From the NCBI GenBank assembly GCA_963846305.1, contig CAWJVK010000002.1, positions 22,690 through 86,689 on the forward strand: a stretch of DNA of 64,000 bases, given 5' to 3'. The stretch comes from an uncultured Gammaproteobacteria bacterium. Its GTDB lineage: Bacteria > Pseudomonadota > Gammaproteobacteria > Steroidobacterales > Steroidobacteraceae. Below are positions 47,421 to 58,592 of the stretch, piece after piece (the stretch's first letter is position 1; each line of letters begins with the position of its first letter). The notes beneath the pieces were generated by a model. That model was given only the letters and a program-made list of their open reading frames with translations. It was not told the origin of the DNA and searched no databases. Made by a program: the position numbers and the translations under genes.

Positions 47421-50137
47421 GCGGGTCCCATCCTGGTCGCGTTCGGCACGTCGAGCGCCACGTGCAGCTGTTCCTCGAGGCGCAGCCGCGCGTCCTCGGC
47501 CAGCGGTTGTCCCTGTTCGTCGGACACGTAGAACACGTCCTCGGCCCGCTCGCCGATGGTCATGATGCGCGCCGTGACGATGTCCACGCGCTCGGCGAGC
47601 AACACCTTGCCGACTTCCGAGAGCAGTCCCGGGCGGTCGCCGGCGATCAGCTCGATGATCGTGCGCTGCCGGTCCGGATCGTCGGCGAACGTGATCTGCG
47701 TCGGCGTGGAGAACATGCGCACCTGCCGGGGCGCCCGGCGCGTGACCTCCGGCCAGTCCCCTTCGGGCCGCTGCAGCGCGCGCCACAGCTGGCGCTCGAT
47801 CTCGTGGGCGCGCTGCCGGTCGGTGATCGGGGCACCGGTGTCCTCGAGCACCAGGTAGGTGTCGAGGCTCAGGCCGCCCTCCAGCGGCGTGATGCGCGCG
47901 TCGAGGATGTTGAGTCCCATCTGATCGAGCAGCGCGGTGGTGCGGGCGAAGTTCTGCTGCGTGTGCGGCATGAACGTCAGCACCGGGTTGCCGCCGCGCT
48001 CGGGCGCGTCGCGCACCGCCACCAGCGGCGAGGTGTCGCCGGGCTCGCGATCGACGATCAGCTTCGAGTGCCAGGCGATCTCGGGCGGCGTGTGCTTGAG
48101 GAAATACTCGTCGCCCAGCCTCGACCAGGCGAGTTCGGCGCGCTCCGGGTCGACGCCGTCGCGCGCCAGCAGCTCGCGGGCCGCGGCGCGCGTCTCGGCG
48201 ACCAGTTCGTCCCTGTCCACCGGCGCCTCCAGCCCGCGGCGCAGCGCGCGCTTGGTGCGCTCGTAGAAGTCGTGGAACAGCGAGGAGCGCCAGGAATTCC
48301 ACAGCTTCGGGTTGGTGCCGCGCACGTCGGCCACGGTGAGCACGTAGAGATAGTCGAGGTGTTTGCGATCGCCGACCAGTTGCGCGAAGTCGCGGATCAC
48401 GTTGGGGTCGGAAATGTCCTTTTTCTGCGCGGTGACCGAAAACACCAGGTGGTTGCGCACCAGCCAGGCGACCAGCCGCGCGTCGTAGCGGGACAGGCCC
48501 TGCTCGAGGCAGAAGGCCTCCGCGTCCACGGCGCCGAGCTCGGAGTGGTCGCCGCCGCGCCCCTTGGCGATGTCGTGGAACAGCGCCGCGAGCAGCACGA
48601 TCTCCGGCCGCGGCAGCGACTGCATCAGCCGCGACAGGTCGGGGAATTCCTTCTCGAACTGCGGCAGCATCAGTCGCCGCAGGTTGCGCACCACGAACAG
48701 CGTGTGCGCGTCCACGGTGTAGGCGTGGAACAGGTCGTACTGCATGCGCCCGACGATGCGGCCGAAGGCGGGGATGTAGCGGCCGAGCACGCCGTAGAGG
48801 TTCATGCGCCGAAGTTCGTGCGTCACCCCGACCGGCGCGCGCAGCAGGTCCAGGAACAGGCGGTGGTTGCGCGGGTGCTGGCGGAACTCCTCGTCGATCA
48901 GCCACAGGTGCCGCCCCAGCGAGCGGATGGTCGCCGCGCGCACGCCGCGCAACTGCGGGTGGTCCTGCATCAGCCGGAACAGCTCCAGGATCGCCGACGG
49001 CTGCCGCGCGAAGACGTCGTCCGAGGTCACTTCGAGGTAGTCGCCGCGCATCTGGAAGCGCGAGTCGAGCGGCACCACCGGCGTCGCCGGGTCGGCGAGG
49101 ATCGCCTCGCGGAACAGCTGCAGCAGCATCTCGTTCAGCAGGCTCACGTCCATGACCGTGCGGTAGTAGCGCTGCATGAACTGCTCGACCGCCAGCGTGT
49201 AGGCCGCGTCCTCGTAGCCGAACATCCGGGCGATGCGCGCCTGGTGGTCGAACAGCAGGCGGTCCTCGCGCCGTCCGGTCAGCGAGTGCAGCGCGAAGCG
49301 CACCTTCCACAGGAAGGCCTGCGCGGTGCGCAGCTTGCGCAGCTCGCCGGCGGTCAGGAAGCCGTGCTCGACCAGTTCGTCGAAGGTGCCCGCGCCGAAG
49401 TGGCGCTTGGCGACCCAGCCGATGGTCTGGATGTCGCGCAGCCCGCCCGGGCTGGTCTTGACGTTCGGCTCGAGGTTGTAGGCCGTGTCGTGGTGGCGGT
49501 GGTGGCGCACCTGCTGCTCGGCGACCTTGGCCTCGAAGAACGCCTGCGAAGACCAGATGCTGTCCTGCCCGAGCGCGCGGCGCATCGCCTGGAACAGGTG
49601 CTCGGGCCCGGCGAGCAGTCGCGCCTCGATCAGCGTCGTCGCGACGCTCACGTCCGCGGCGCTCTCGCGCTGGCAGTCGTCGATGGTGCGGACGCTGTGG
49701 CCGACCTCGAGGCCGATGTCCCAGAGGAAGGTGAGGAACCGCTCGATGCCCGCGTGGCTCTCCTCGGCGCCCGACTTGGGCAGCAGGATCAGCACGTCGA
49801 TGTCGGAGCACGGGTGCAGCTCGCCGCGGCCGAACCCGCCGACGGCCACCAGGTCGACGTCCTTCGCCTCCGGCCCCGTGTGCAGGGCCCAGGCCGCGCG
49901 CAGCACCACGTCCACCATCCGGGCGCGGTCGCGCACCAGCGCTTCGACGGGCTCGTCGTCCTGGAAGCGTTGCTCCAGGTTTGCCGCGCCGTCCTCGAGC
50001 GCCACGCGGAACGCGGCGGTGCGGTCGTCGCCCGAATCGAGCGCCTCCGGCAATGTGCCGAGAAACGGCCAGCTGGGCAGCGCGATACGGCCGGCCGCCG
50101 CCTCGAAGTCCTCGATCTGCTCCGGGGGTGCGTTCAA
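47417..50137 (-). CDS. glnD: bifunctional [protein-PII] uridylyltransferase/uridylyl-removing enzyme
   Basis: A TTG start at 50137 overlaps the map stop (TTGA). [20 protein letters not shown], an HD domain ([18 protein letters not shown]), and two C-terminal ACT domains. About 906 aa. Confidence 0.9.
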
Positions 50138-50955
50138 GCCGGCGGCCGCTCGCCGGCGCCGAGTGTGAGCACCTCGCAGCCGGACTCGGTGACCAGGATC
50201 GTGTGCTCCCATTGCGCCGACAGCGTGTGATCCCGCGTGACGACGGTCCATCCGTCCGGCAGCAGCCGCACTTCGCGGCGGCCGGCGTTCACCATCGGCT
50301 CGATGGTAAAGGTCATGCCAGGCACGAACGTCATGCCGGTGCCGGCCGTGCCGTAGTGGACCACCTGCGGATCCTCGTGGAAGCCGCGGCCGATGCCGTG
50401 GCCGCAGTACTCGCGCACCACGGAGTAGTGGTTGGCCTCGACGAATGCCTGGATGGCCGCGCCGATGTCGCCGAGCTTCGAGCCGGCGCGCACGGTTTGA
50501 ATGCCACGCCACATCGACTCGTAGGTCACGTCCACCAGTCGCTGCACGTGTGGCGGGACGCGCCCCACGCAGAACATGCGGCTGGAGTCGCCGTGGAAGC
50601 CGTCCTTGATGACGGTGACGTCCACGTTGACGATGTCGCCGTGCTTCAGTCGCCGGTCGCCCGGGATTCCGTGGCAGACGACATGGTTCACCGAGGTGCA
50701 GATCGACTTCGGGAAGCCCCGGTAGTCGAGCGGGGCGGGCACGGCCCGTTGCACGTTGACGATGTAGTCGTGGCAGATGCGGTCGAGTTCGTCGGTCGAG
50801 ACGCCCGGGACCACGTGCGGCCCGATCATGTCGAGCACCTCCGCCGTGAGGCGCCCGGCGAGCCGCATCGCGTCCTGCTCGGCGGCCGTCTTGACGGAAA
50901 CGCGCCCAGCGCTGTCGGGCTGCCCGTGGGTGGTCGCCGTCTCGGGGTGTTGCAT
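50134..50955 (-). CDS. map: type I methionine aminopeptidase
   Basis: [44 protein letters not shown]. Confidence 0.95.
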   Translation of the reverse strand: MQHPETATTHGQPDSAGRVSVKTAAEQDAMRLAGRLTAEVLDMIGPHVVPGVSTDELDRICHDYIVNVQRAVPAPLDYRGFPKSICTSVNHVVCHGIPGDRRLKHGDIVNVDVTVIKDGFHGDSSRMFCVGRVPPHVQRLVDVTYESMWRGIQTVRAGSKLGDIGAAIQAFVEANHYSVVREYCGHGIGRGFHEDPQVVHYGTAGTGMTFVPGMTFTIEPMVNAGRREVRLLPDGWTVVTRDHTLSAQWEHTILVTESGCEVLTLGAGERPPA

Positions 50956-51005
50956 GTCGGGAAGGTGGTTCCGGCGCCAGGGCAGGGCCCCGGGCGCGCA
51001 AGTGT

Positions 51006-51033
51006 TTGAACAAACGGAAACTTATGGTATAAA
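51006..51033 (+). promoter_or_regulatory. sigma-70-type promoter of rpsB-tsf
   Basis: TTGAAC-16 nt-TATAAA, about 130 nt upstream of the rpsB ATG. Followed by a leader in which TGGGGT...ACCCCA pairs right next to the AAGGAG SD. Confidence 0.5.
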
Positions 51034-51163
51034 GCGCGGCCTTTTTTCACAACCAAAACCGCACACGTACCGGCACATGTGGCTGGGTGCCTGCCAGGCC
51101 GAGAGGCCTCGCGGGTTGCCACATGGGGTGCGTGGAGGCTCAACCCCACAAGGAGTTTTCGAT

Positions 51164-52186
51164 ATGAGCAGCATGTCCATGCGGCAGATGCTTGAGGCTG
51201 GCGTCCATTTCGGGCACCAGACCCGCTTCTGGAACCCGAAGATGGAGCCCTTCATCTTCGGCGAGCGCAACCGGATCCACATCATCAATCTCGAGAAGAC
51301 GCTGCCCCTCTACATCGAGGCGGCCGGCTTCGTGAAGCACGTGGTCGCCGAGGGCGGGCGCGTGCTGTTCGTCGGCACCAAGCGCTCTGCACGCGACGCG
51401 ATTGCGCGCGAGGCTGCGCGCTGCGGCATGCCCTGGGTGAGCCATCGCTGGCTCGGCGGCATGCTCACCAACTTCAAGACCATCCGGCAGTCGATCAAGC
51501 GGCTGGCCGAGATCGACGATCTTGCAGAGAGCGGCATGCTCGACCAGCGCAGCAAGCGCGAGGCGCAGATGGTGCGCCGCGAGCGCGAGAAGCTCGAGCG
51601 CAGCCTGGGCGGCATCAAGGAAATGGAAGGCCTGCCGGACGTGATGTTCGTGGTCGACGTCGGCCACGAGAACATCGCCATCCACGAGGCCCGCAAGCTC
51701 GGTATCCCGGTGGTCGCGGTGGTCGACACCAACTGCTCGCCGGAAGGCATCAGCTACGTGATTCCCGGCAACGACGATGCGATGCGCGCCATCGAGCTGT
51801 ACGCCGGCGGCATCGCCGACGCGGTGCTCGAGGGCCGTTCCACGCTGCCCGAGGTCGCGGTGGGCGAGGACGAGTTCGTCGAGCTCGACGAGGAAGGCAA
51901 GCCGCGCGCCAAGGCCGGTCCGAAGCGCCGCGCGGCGCCGGCCCGCAGGAAGACGCCCGCGCGCCGCAAGCCCGCGGCGCCCGACGGCGAAGCCGCGCAC
52001 GACGCGGTTGCGGAACTTGCCGAGGCCGATCCCGAGGAGAGCCCCGAGGCGTTCATGGCGCGCCGCGAGGCCGCCCGCAAGAAGGGACCGGCGGCTGCGC
52101 CGGTGGCTCCCGCGGCCGATGCGGTGGCTGCCGAAGCTCCGGCGGCTGCGGCGGAGGCCGCGGCACCGGCTGCCGAGGGAGAGTGA
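51164..52186 (+). CDS. rpsB: 30S ribosomal protein S2 with a long low-complexity C-terminal extension
   Basis: [30 protein letters not shown]..., then about 100 extra Ala/Pro/Glu/Lys/Arg-rich residues at the C-terminus. Confidence 0.95.
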   Translation: MSSMSMRQMLEAGVHFGHQTRFWNPKMEPFIFGERNRIHIINLEKTLPLYIEAAGFVKHVVAEGGRVLFVGTKRSARDAIAREAARCGMPWVSHRWLGGMLTNFKTIRQSIKRLAEIDDLAESGMLDQRSKREAQMVRREREKLERSLGGIKEMEGLPDVMFVVDVGHENIAIHEARKLGIPVVAVVDTNCSPEGISYVIPGNDDAMRAIELYAGGIADAVLEGRSTLPEVAVGEDEFVELDEEGKPRAKAGPKRRAAPARRKTPARRKPAAPDGEAAHDAVAELAEADPEESPEAFMARREAARKKGPAAAPVAPAADAVAAEAPAAAAEAAAPAAEGE

Positions 52187-52188
52187 GC

Positions 52189-53079
52189 ATGGCAGTCACG
52201 GCTGAATCGGTGAAGACGCTGCGCGAGCGCACCGGCGCCGGCATGATGGAGTGCAAGAAGGCGCTGGTCGAGGCGGGCGGCGACATCGAGGTCGCGGCCG
52301 AGGCCATGCGCAAGTCCGGTCTCGCCAAGGCGGACAAGAAGGCGGGGCGCATCGCCGCGGAGGGCGTGGTCGCGATCGATCGCGCCGCGGACGGCAAGGC
52401 GGTGGCGCTGGTCGAGGTGAACTCGGAGACGGATTTCGTCGCGCGCGAGAAGGACTTCCAGGCCTTTGCGACCGCGGTTGCCCGCGCCGCGCTCGAGTCG
52501 AGGCCGGCCGACCTCGAGGGGTTGCTCGCCGCGCGGATGGCGTCCGGGCAGACGGTCGAGGAGACGCGCAGGGCGCTGATCGCGCGCATCGGCGAGAACA
52601 TCAGCGTGCGCCGCTTCGAGGTGGTCACCTCCGGCGCGCCGCTCGCCTCGTACCTGCACGGCAGCCGGATCGGCACCGTGGTCGTGCTGGAGGGCGGCGA
52701 CGAGGCGCTCGGCCACGACCTGGCCATGCACGTCGCGGCGATCAACCCGCGCTACCTGTCGGCCGATGACGTCCCGGCCGACCAGGTCGAGAAGGAACGG
52801 GAGATCATCGTCGCGCAGGCGGCGGCCGATCCGAAGCTGCAGGGCAAGCCGCAGGAGGTGCTGGTCAAGGCCTCCGAGGGCAAGTTGCGCAAGTTCCTGG
52901 GCGAGATCACGCTGCTGGGCCAGCCGTTCGTGAAGGACGACAAGCAGGTCGTGGGCGACGTGCTGAAGCGGGCCAATGCGAGGATCCTGCGCTTCGTTCG
53001 TTACGAGGTCGGTGCTGGCATCGAGAAGAAGCAGGAAGACTTTGCCGCCGAAGTGATGGCCCAGGTCCGGGGAGCTTGA
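52189..53079 (+). CDS. tsf: elongation factor Ts
   Basis: [34 protein letters not shown]... Confidence 0.95.
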   Translation: MAVTAESVKTLRERTGAGMMECKKALVEAGGDIEVAAEAMRKSGLAKADKKAGRIAAEGVVAIDRAADGKAVALVEVNSETDFVAREKDFQAFATAVARAALESRPADLEGLLAARMASGQTVEETRRALIARIGENISVRRFEVVTSGAPLASYLHGSRIGTVVVLEGGDEALGHDLAMHVAAINPRYLSADDVPADQVEKEREIIVAQAAADPKLQGKPQEVLVKASEGKLRKFLGEITLLGQPFVKDDKQVVGDVLKRANARILRFVRYEVGAGIEKKQEDFAAEVMAQVRGA

Positions 53080-53106
53080 ATCCCGACCGGTCCCGGCGAA
53101 ACAACA

Positions 53107-53134
53107 GGAACCCCGCGCGAGCGGGGTTCCTTAT
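53107..53134 (+). terminator. intrinsic terminator after tsf
   Basis: GGAACCCCGC-GCGA-GCGGGGTTCC followed by TTATAAT. Confidence 0.55.
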
Positions 53135-53164
53135 AATGGCCCCCCGTCGGAGGTGACAGACTGC

Positions 53165-53896
53165 ATGCCTGAACCAGCAGACGGAAAACCGGCGCATCGG
53201 CGCATCCTTGTGAAGCTGTCCGGCGAGGCCCTGATGGGCAACGCCGACTACGGCATCGATGCCGTGTTCCTGAAACGCCTCGCCTCGGAAATCGCCACCG
53301 TGCGCGAACGTGGCGTGCAGGTCGCGGTGGTGATCGGCGGCGGAAACCTGTTTCGCGGCGCCGGCCTGGCGCGGGCCGGCATGGACCGCGTGACCGGCGA
53401 CCACATGGGGATGCTCGCCACGGTGATGAACTCGCTGGCGCTGCAGGACTCGCTCGAGTCGTTCGGGGTGTATGCCAGGGTGCTTTCGGCGATACGCATC
53501 AACGAGGTCTGCGAGGACTACATCCGTCGTCGCGCCATCCGCCACCTCGAAAAGGGGCGGGTGACGATTTTCGCGGCCGGCACCGGCAACCCGTTCTTCA
53601 CGACCGATACCGCCGCCAGCCTGCGCGCCATCGAGATCGGCGCGGACCTGCTGCTGAAGGCAACCAAGGTCGACGGCATCTACGACGCTGACCCGGTCGG
53701 GAATCCCGCCGCGCGGCGCTACGACCGGCTCACCTACGACCAGGTGCTCGACGGGCGCCTGAACGTCATGGATGCGACGGCAATCGTGCTGTGCCGGGAC
53801 CACAACCTGCCGCTTCGCGTGTTCGACCTCAACGACGCGGGCGCGCTGGTGCGTGTTGCGTGCGGCGAGGACGTCGGAACACTCGTCACGAACTGA
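53165..53896 (+). CDS. pyrH: UMP kinase
   Basis: [41 protein letters not shown] at 53153 is an alternative start. Confidence 0.95.
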   Translation: MPEPADGKPAHRRILVKLSGEALMGNADYGIDAVFLKRLASEIATVRERGVQVAVVIGGGNLFRGAGLARAGMDRVTGDHMGMLATVMNSLALQDSLESFGVYARVLSAIRINEVCEDYIRRRAIRHLEKGRVTIFAAGTGNPFFTTDTAASLRAIEIGADLLLKATKVDGIYDADPVGNPAARRYDRLTYDQVLDGRLNVMDATAIVLCRDHNLPLRVFDLNDAGALVRVACGEDVGTLVTN

Positions 53897-53926
53897 GGCG
53901 GCCGCTGCCGCCGCTGGAGACTGCCC

Positions 53927-54484
53927 ATGCTCGAGGACATCAAGAAAGACGCTGCGGACCGCATGGCGAAGTGCGTGGTCGCGCTCAGGAATGAACTGAA
54001 GAAGCTGCGCACCGGCCGGGCGAGCACCAGCGTGCTCGAGCACGTGCGTGTGGACTACTACGGCAGCGAGGTGCCGCTCACGCAGGTCGCGAACGTGGCG
54101 GTCGAGGACTCGCGCACGCTCACGGTGGTGCCGTGGGAGAAGCAGATGGTGCCGGCGATCGAGAAGGCGATCATGAAGTCCGACCTGGGGCTCAATCCGG
54201 CCACCGCCGGCACGGTGATCCGCGTGCCGCTGCCGTCGCTCACCGAGGATCGGCGCCGCGAGCTGACCAGGGTCGTGCGCCACGAGGGCGAAGTGGCTCG
54301 CGTCGCGATCCGCAACGTGCGCCGCGACGTGATGCAGGAACTCAAGGAGATGCTGAAGGAAAAGCTGATCTCCGAGGACGTGGACCGCAAGGCGCACGAA
54401 GAGGTGCAGACGCTCACCGACAAGTACGTCGCCGAGGTGGACCAGGTGATCGTGGAGAAGGAAAAAGACCTGATGCAGGTCTGA
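53927..54484 (+). CDS. frr: ribosome recycling factor
   Basis: 185 aa. [38 protein letters not shown]. Confidence 0.95.
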   Translation: MLEDIKKDAADRMAKCVVALRNELKKLRTGRASTSVLEHVRVDYYGSEVPLTQVANVAVEDSRTLTVVPWEKQMVPAIEKAIMKSDLGLNPATAGTVIRVPLPSLTEDRRRELTRVVRHEGEVARVAIRNVRRDVMQELKEMLKEKLISEDVDRKAHEEVQTLTDKYVAEVDQVIVEKEKDLMQV

Positions 54485-54487
54485 GCA

Positions 54488-55232
54488 GTGGCCGAGACGC
54501 ACTCCCGCGAGCCGGGAACGCCGCGCCACGTTGCCGTCATCATGGACGGCAACGGGCGCTGGGCTGCGAAGCGCGCGCTGCCGCGCCATCTCGGGCATCG
54601 CGCCGGCGTGAAGTCGGTGCGGGCCACGGTCGAAGGCTGCGCGCGGCGCGGCGTCGAAGCGCTCACGCTGTTCGCGTTCTCGAGCGAGAATTGGGGCAGG
54701 CCGGCGGAGGAGGTCTCACGGCTGATGCAGCTGTTCGTCGAGGCGATCGAACGCGAGGTCGACGAGCTCGTCCGCAACGGGATCCGGCTCAGGTTCATCG
54801 GCGACCTCTCGACGCTGCGGCCGCACCTGCGCGACGGCGTCGCCCAGGCCGAGGCGCGCACGGCTGGCAACACCCGCATGACCGTCTACGTGGCCGTGTC
54901 CTACGGCGGCCGCTGGGACATCGTCGGCGCGGCGCGCAAGCTCGCTGCCGCGGTTGCCGCGGGCACGCTTCCGCCGGACGGCATCGACGAGGCGGTGTTC
55001 GCCCACGAACTCGCGCTCGGCGACGCGCCGGACCCGGACCTGTTCATCCGCACCGGCGGGGAGCAGCGCATCAGCAATTTCCTGCTCTGGAACCTGGCCT
55101 ACAGTCGAGCTCTATTTCTGCGACTGCCTCTGGCCGGACTTCGATGACGCCGAGCTCGAGCGCGCGTTCCGTCACTTCGCGGGGCGGCAACGTCGCTTCG
55201 GCCTGACATCGCCGCAGGTTGCCGGTGGCTAG
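54488..55232 (+). pseudogene. uppS: undecaprenyl-diphosphate synthase (uppS) interrupted by a 1-nt frameshift near 55106
   Basis: The frame from GTG 54488 gives [13 protein letters not shown]...[13 protein letters not shown], then runs into unrelated sequence and a stop at 55147. The conserved C-terminus [32 protein letters not shown] is in the +1 frame and ends at 55232. Confidence 0.8.
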
Positions 55233-56037
55233 CGGACTCAGGCAGCGCATCGCGACCGCCCTGCTGCTTGCCGGGGTGGTCGTCGCGGTGCTGTTCGTGA
55301 TGCCGCCGGCTGCGGCAGTGGCCGTGGTGGCGGTCGCGGTGCTGGCGGGCGCGTGGGAATGGGCGGGTTTCGCCGGGCTGCTGCGCAACGCGGCGCGCCT
55401 CGGCTACGTGGCCGCGATCGGCATCGCGGTGTTCGCCGCGTGGCGGCTGACCGCCGACGCCGCGGGGCTTGCGACGTTCCTGCGGGCGACTGCGCTGTGG
55501 TGGCTGGCGGCGTTCCTGTGGGTGGTCTTCGCGCCGGCGCGTGGCGGGCGACTGGCCGCGGCGCTGGCGGGCTTCGCGGTGCTGGTGCCGGCGGCAATCG
55601 GACTGTCTCGACTGGCGCTGGTCGAGCCCCACGGCCGCATGCTGTTCTTCTACCTGATCGTGCTGATCGCAGCGGCGGACGTCGGCGCCTATTTCGGCGG
55701 CCGCAGCCTCGGCAGGCACAAGCTCGCGCCGCTGGTGAGCCCGGGCAAGACCTGGGAGGGATTCGCGGCCGGGATGCTGGGCGCAGCGGTGGCAGCGGTG
55801 TCCGGCGCAGTGCTGTTCGGCCAGCCGGTGGCGGCCTGGCTTGCCGCATGCGCGCCCGTTGCCTTGCTGTCGGTGGTCGGCGACCTGGTCGAGAGCATGT
55901 TCAAGCGACGCGCCGGCCTCAAGGACAGCGGCGACCTGTTGCCCGGCCATGGCGGCGTACTCGACAGGGTCGATGGCCTGACGGCGGCGGGCCCCGCGTT
56001 CCTGCTCGCGCTGCAGATGATCGGGGTGGCGGCATGA
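55219..56037 (+). CDS. cdsA: phosphatidate cytidylyltransferase
   Basis: TTG 55219 or GTG 55225. [41 protein letters not shown]. Confidence 0.9.
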   Translation: MPVASGLRQRIATALLLAGVVVAVLFVMPPAAAVAVVAVAVLAGAWEWAGFAGLLRNAARLGYVAAIGIAVFAAWRLTADAAGLATFLRATALWWLAAFLWVVFAPARGGRLAAALAGFAVLVPAAIGLSRLALVEPHGRMLFFYLIVLIAAADVGAYFGGRSLGRHKLAPLVSPGKTWEGFAAGMLGAAVAAVSGAVLFGQPVAAWLAACAPVALLSVVGDLVESMFKRRAGLKDSGDLLPGHGGVLDRVDGLTAAGPAFLLALQMIGVAA

Positions 56038-57224
56038 TGCGGGTCGCGGTCCTCGGCAGCACCGGCAGCATCGGCGTGAGCACGCTGGACGTGCTGGGGC
56101 GCCATCGCGACCGGTACGAGGTCGCGGTGCTTGCGGCGGCATCGAACCATGCGCGGCTGCTGGAGCAATGCCTGGAGCACCGGCCGAGGGTCGCAGTGCT
56201 GACGGACCCTGCCGCGGCCCGACGGCTGGAGTGCGGGCTGCGCGCCGCGGGGCTGGCGACCGAAGTGGCCTGCGGCGCTGCAGCGCTCGTGGACGTCGCG
56301 TCGGCGCCCGATGTCGATGCCGTGATGGCGGCAATCGTCGGTGCCGCGGGCCTGCCGTCCACGCTGGCGGCGGCGCGCGCCGGAAAGCGTGTGCTGCTGG
56401 CAAACAAGGAGTCGCTGGTGGTCGGCGGCGAGCTGCTGCTGGATGCCGCGCGCAGCGGCGGCGCCACGTTGATCCCGATCGACAGCGAGCACAACGCGAT
56501 CTTCCAGTGCCTTCCGGGCGGGCTCGAGCCGGGACGCGCGGTGTGCGGAGTGCGCCGTGTCCTGCTCACCGCTTCGGGCGGGCCGTTCCTGCGCGCCTCG
56601 CAAGCCGAGCTCGCGCGCGTGACCCCGGAGCAGGCCTGCGCGCACCCGCGCTGGAAGATGGGCCGCAAGATCTCGGTCGATTCGGCCACGCTGATGAACA
56701 AGGGCCTTGAACTCATCGAGGCCTGCATGCTGTTCGGCATGGAACCCGCGCGAGTGGAGGTGGTCGTACACCCTCAGAGCATCGTGCATTCGCTGGTGGA
56801 GTACGTGGACGGCTCGATCCTGGCCCAGCTTGGGAACCCCGACATGCGCATTCCTATCGCGCACGCATTCGGCTGGCCGGAAAGAATTGCCTCCGGTGTA
56901 GAATCGCTGGACCTGGTGGCCGCGGCGCGCCTCGACTTCGAGGCCCCGGACCTCAGGAGGTTCCCGGCGCTCCGGTTGGCCCGCGAGGCGGCCGAGTCCG
57001 GCGGCACCAGCCCGGCAGTCTTGAACGCTGCCAACGAGGTGGCGGTCGCGGCATTTCTTGCTGGAACGCTTGGTTTTTCGCGGATCCCGGAGCTCGTCGA
57101 GTCGGTGCTCGGCTGGCACGACCGGGTGGCGGTGACAGGCCTGGAGGTCGTGCTCGAGGCGGACCGCCGGGCGCGTATGTTTGCGGAGTCCCTGCTCGTC
57201 GGGGCGGCGAGGTCTAGGGCATGA
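56034..57224 (+). CDS. dxr: 1-deoxy-D-xylulose-5-phosphate reductoisomerase
   Basis: [63 protein letters not shown]. Confidence 0.95.
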   Translation: MMRVAVLGSTGSIGVSTLDVLGRHRDRYEVAVLAAASNHARLLEQCLEHRPRVAVLTDPAAARRLECGLRAAGLATEVACGAAALVDVASAPDVDAVMAAIVGAAGLPSTLAAARAGKRVLLANKESLVVGGELLLDAARSGGATLIPIDSEHNAIFQCLPGGLEPGRAVCGVRRVLLTASGGPFLRASQAELARVTPEQACAHPRWKMGRKISVDSATLMNKGLELIEACMLFGMEPARVEVVVHPQSIVHSLVEYVDGSILAQLGNPDMRIPIAHAFGWPERIASGVESLDLVAAARLDFEAPDLRRFPALRLAREAAESGGTSPAVLNAANEVAVAAFLAGTLGFSRIPELVESVLGWHDRVAVTGLEVVLEADRRARMFAESLLVGAARSRA

Positions 57225-58582
57225 CGATTCTGGGTTACCTGCTGGCATTCCTGGTTGCGATCGGCATCCTCGTCGCGGTGCACGAGTACGGGCACTTCTG
57301 GATGGCGCGACGGGTCGGCATCCGGGTGATCCGTTTCTCGATAGGCTTCGGCCGGCCGCTCTGGAAACGCCTCGATTCCAAGGGTACGGAATTCGCAATT
57401 TCTGCAATTCCATTAGGTGGTTACGTCAAGCTCCTTGACGAGCGTGAAGGTCCGGTCCCCGATGCCGAACTCTCGTCAGCCTACAACCGCAAGCCGGTCT
57501 GGCAGCGCATCCTCGTGCTGCTCGCCGGTCCTTTCGCCAACTTCCTGTTTGCGGTCGTCGCCTACTGGGTGCTGTTCGTGGCCGGGGTGCCAGCCCTGAA
57601 GCCGGTGCTCGGCGAGGTGACTCCGGACTCGGTGGCGGCCCGCGCCGGGCTGGTCGCAAATGACCAGATACTCGCGGTCAGCGGACACGCCACCGATGGA
57701 CGCGAGGCCGTAATGCTCGCGATCCTCGAGCGCCTGATGGACGGCGGGCCGATCGAGCTCGAAGTCCGCTCGCCCGACGGTGGCACGCGCACCGCCCGCC
57801 TGCCGGTCGAGGGCAACACGCTGGCGCTGACCGAACCCGGGGCGCTGCTGCCCGGGCTGGGATTCGAGTTCTGGTTCCCGGAGGTGCCGGCACGCGTCGG
57901 GACCCTCATCGAAGGCAGCCCGGCGGAGCGCGCCGGCCTGCAGGTCGGCGACCTGGTCACCGCGGTCGACGGGGCGCCGGTCGCGGACTTCCTGGCGCTG
58001 GTGAAGCTGGTGCAACCCGCGGCGGGGAAGACACTGCTGCTCACGGTGCAGCGCGCGGGAGAGCAACTGGTGCTGCCGGTCGAGGTGCAGGCCGAGCGTG
58101 ACGGCGCGCAGCTGATCGGCCGGATCGGCGTACAGCCGGCGGCCCCGGCGCCGGTGCCCGAGGACATGCGCACCCGCGAGCGCTACGGCGTGTTCGCCTC
58201 GGTCGGCAAGGCGGTCGGCAAGACCTGGGACATGTCTGCGCTCACCGTGCGCCTGCTGTGGAACGTGGCGGCCGGAGACGTGTCTGCCAAGAACCTCAGC
58301 GGCCCGATCAACATCGCGGAATACGCCGGTTTCTCGGCGCGACAGGGCATACTTGCGTTCCTGTCCTTCCTGGCCGTCGTTAGCGTGAGCCTTTTCGTGC
58401 TGAACCTGCTGCCCATTCCCATCCTCGACGGTGGCCAGGTCGTCTACCAGCTCGCCGAGCTGGCCAGCGGCCGGCCGCTGTCGGAACGCGCGCAGGCGCT
58501 GGGCCAGCAGGTCGGGATCGCGCTGCTGCTGCTGCTGATGAGTTTCGCCTTCTACAACGACATCTCGCGCTTGTTCAGCTGA
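57221..58582 (+). CDS. rseP: RIP zinc metalloprotease RseP
   Basis: [12 protein letters not shown] matches HExxH. Two PDZ-like segments. [11 protein letters not shown]. Confidence 0.95.
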   Translation: MTILGYLLAFLVAIGILVAVHEYGHFWMARRVGIRVIRFSIGFGRPLWKRLDSKGTEFAISAIPLGGYVKLLDEREGPVPDAELSSAYNRKPVWQRILVLLAGPFANFLFAVVAYWVLFVAGVPALKPVLGEVTPDSVAARAGLVANDQILAVSGHATDGREAVMLAILERLMDGGPIELEVRSPDGGTRTARLPVEGNTLALTEPGALLPGLGFEFWFPEVPARVGTLIEGSPAERAGLQVGDLVTAVDGAPVADFLALVKLVQPAAGKTLLLTVQRAGEQLVLPVEVQAERDGAQLIGRIGVQPAAPAPVPEDMRTRERYGVFASVGKAVGKTWDMSALTVRLLWNVAAGDVSAKNLSGPINIAEYAGFSARQGILAFLSFLAVVSVSLFVLNLLPIPILDGGQVVYQLAELASGRPLSERAQALGQQVGIALLLLLMSFAFYNDISRLFS

Positions 58583-58592
58583 GCCGCCCGCC

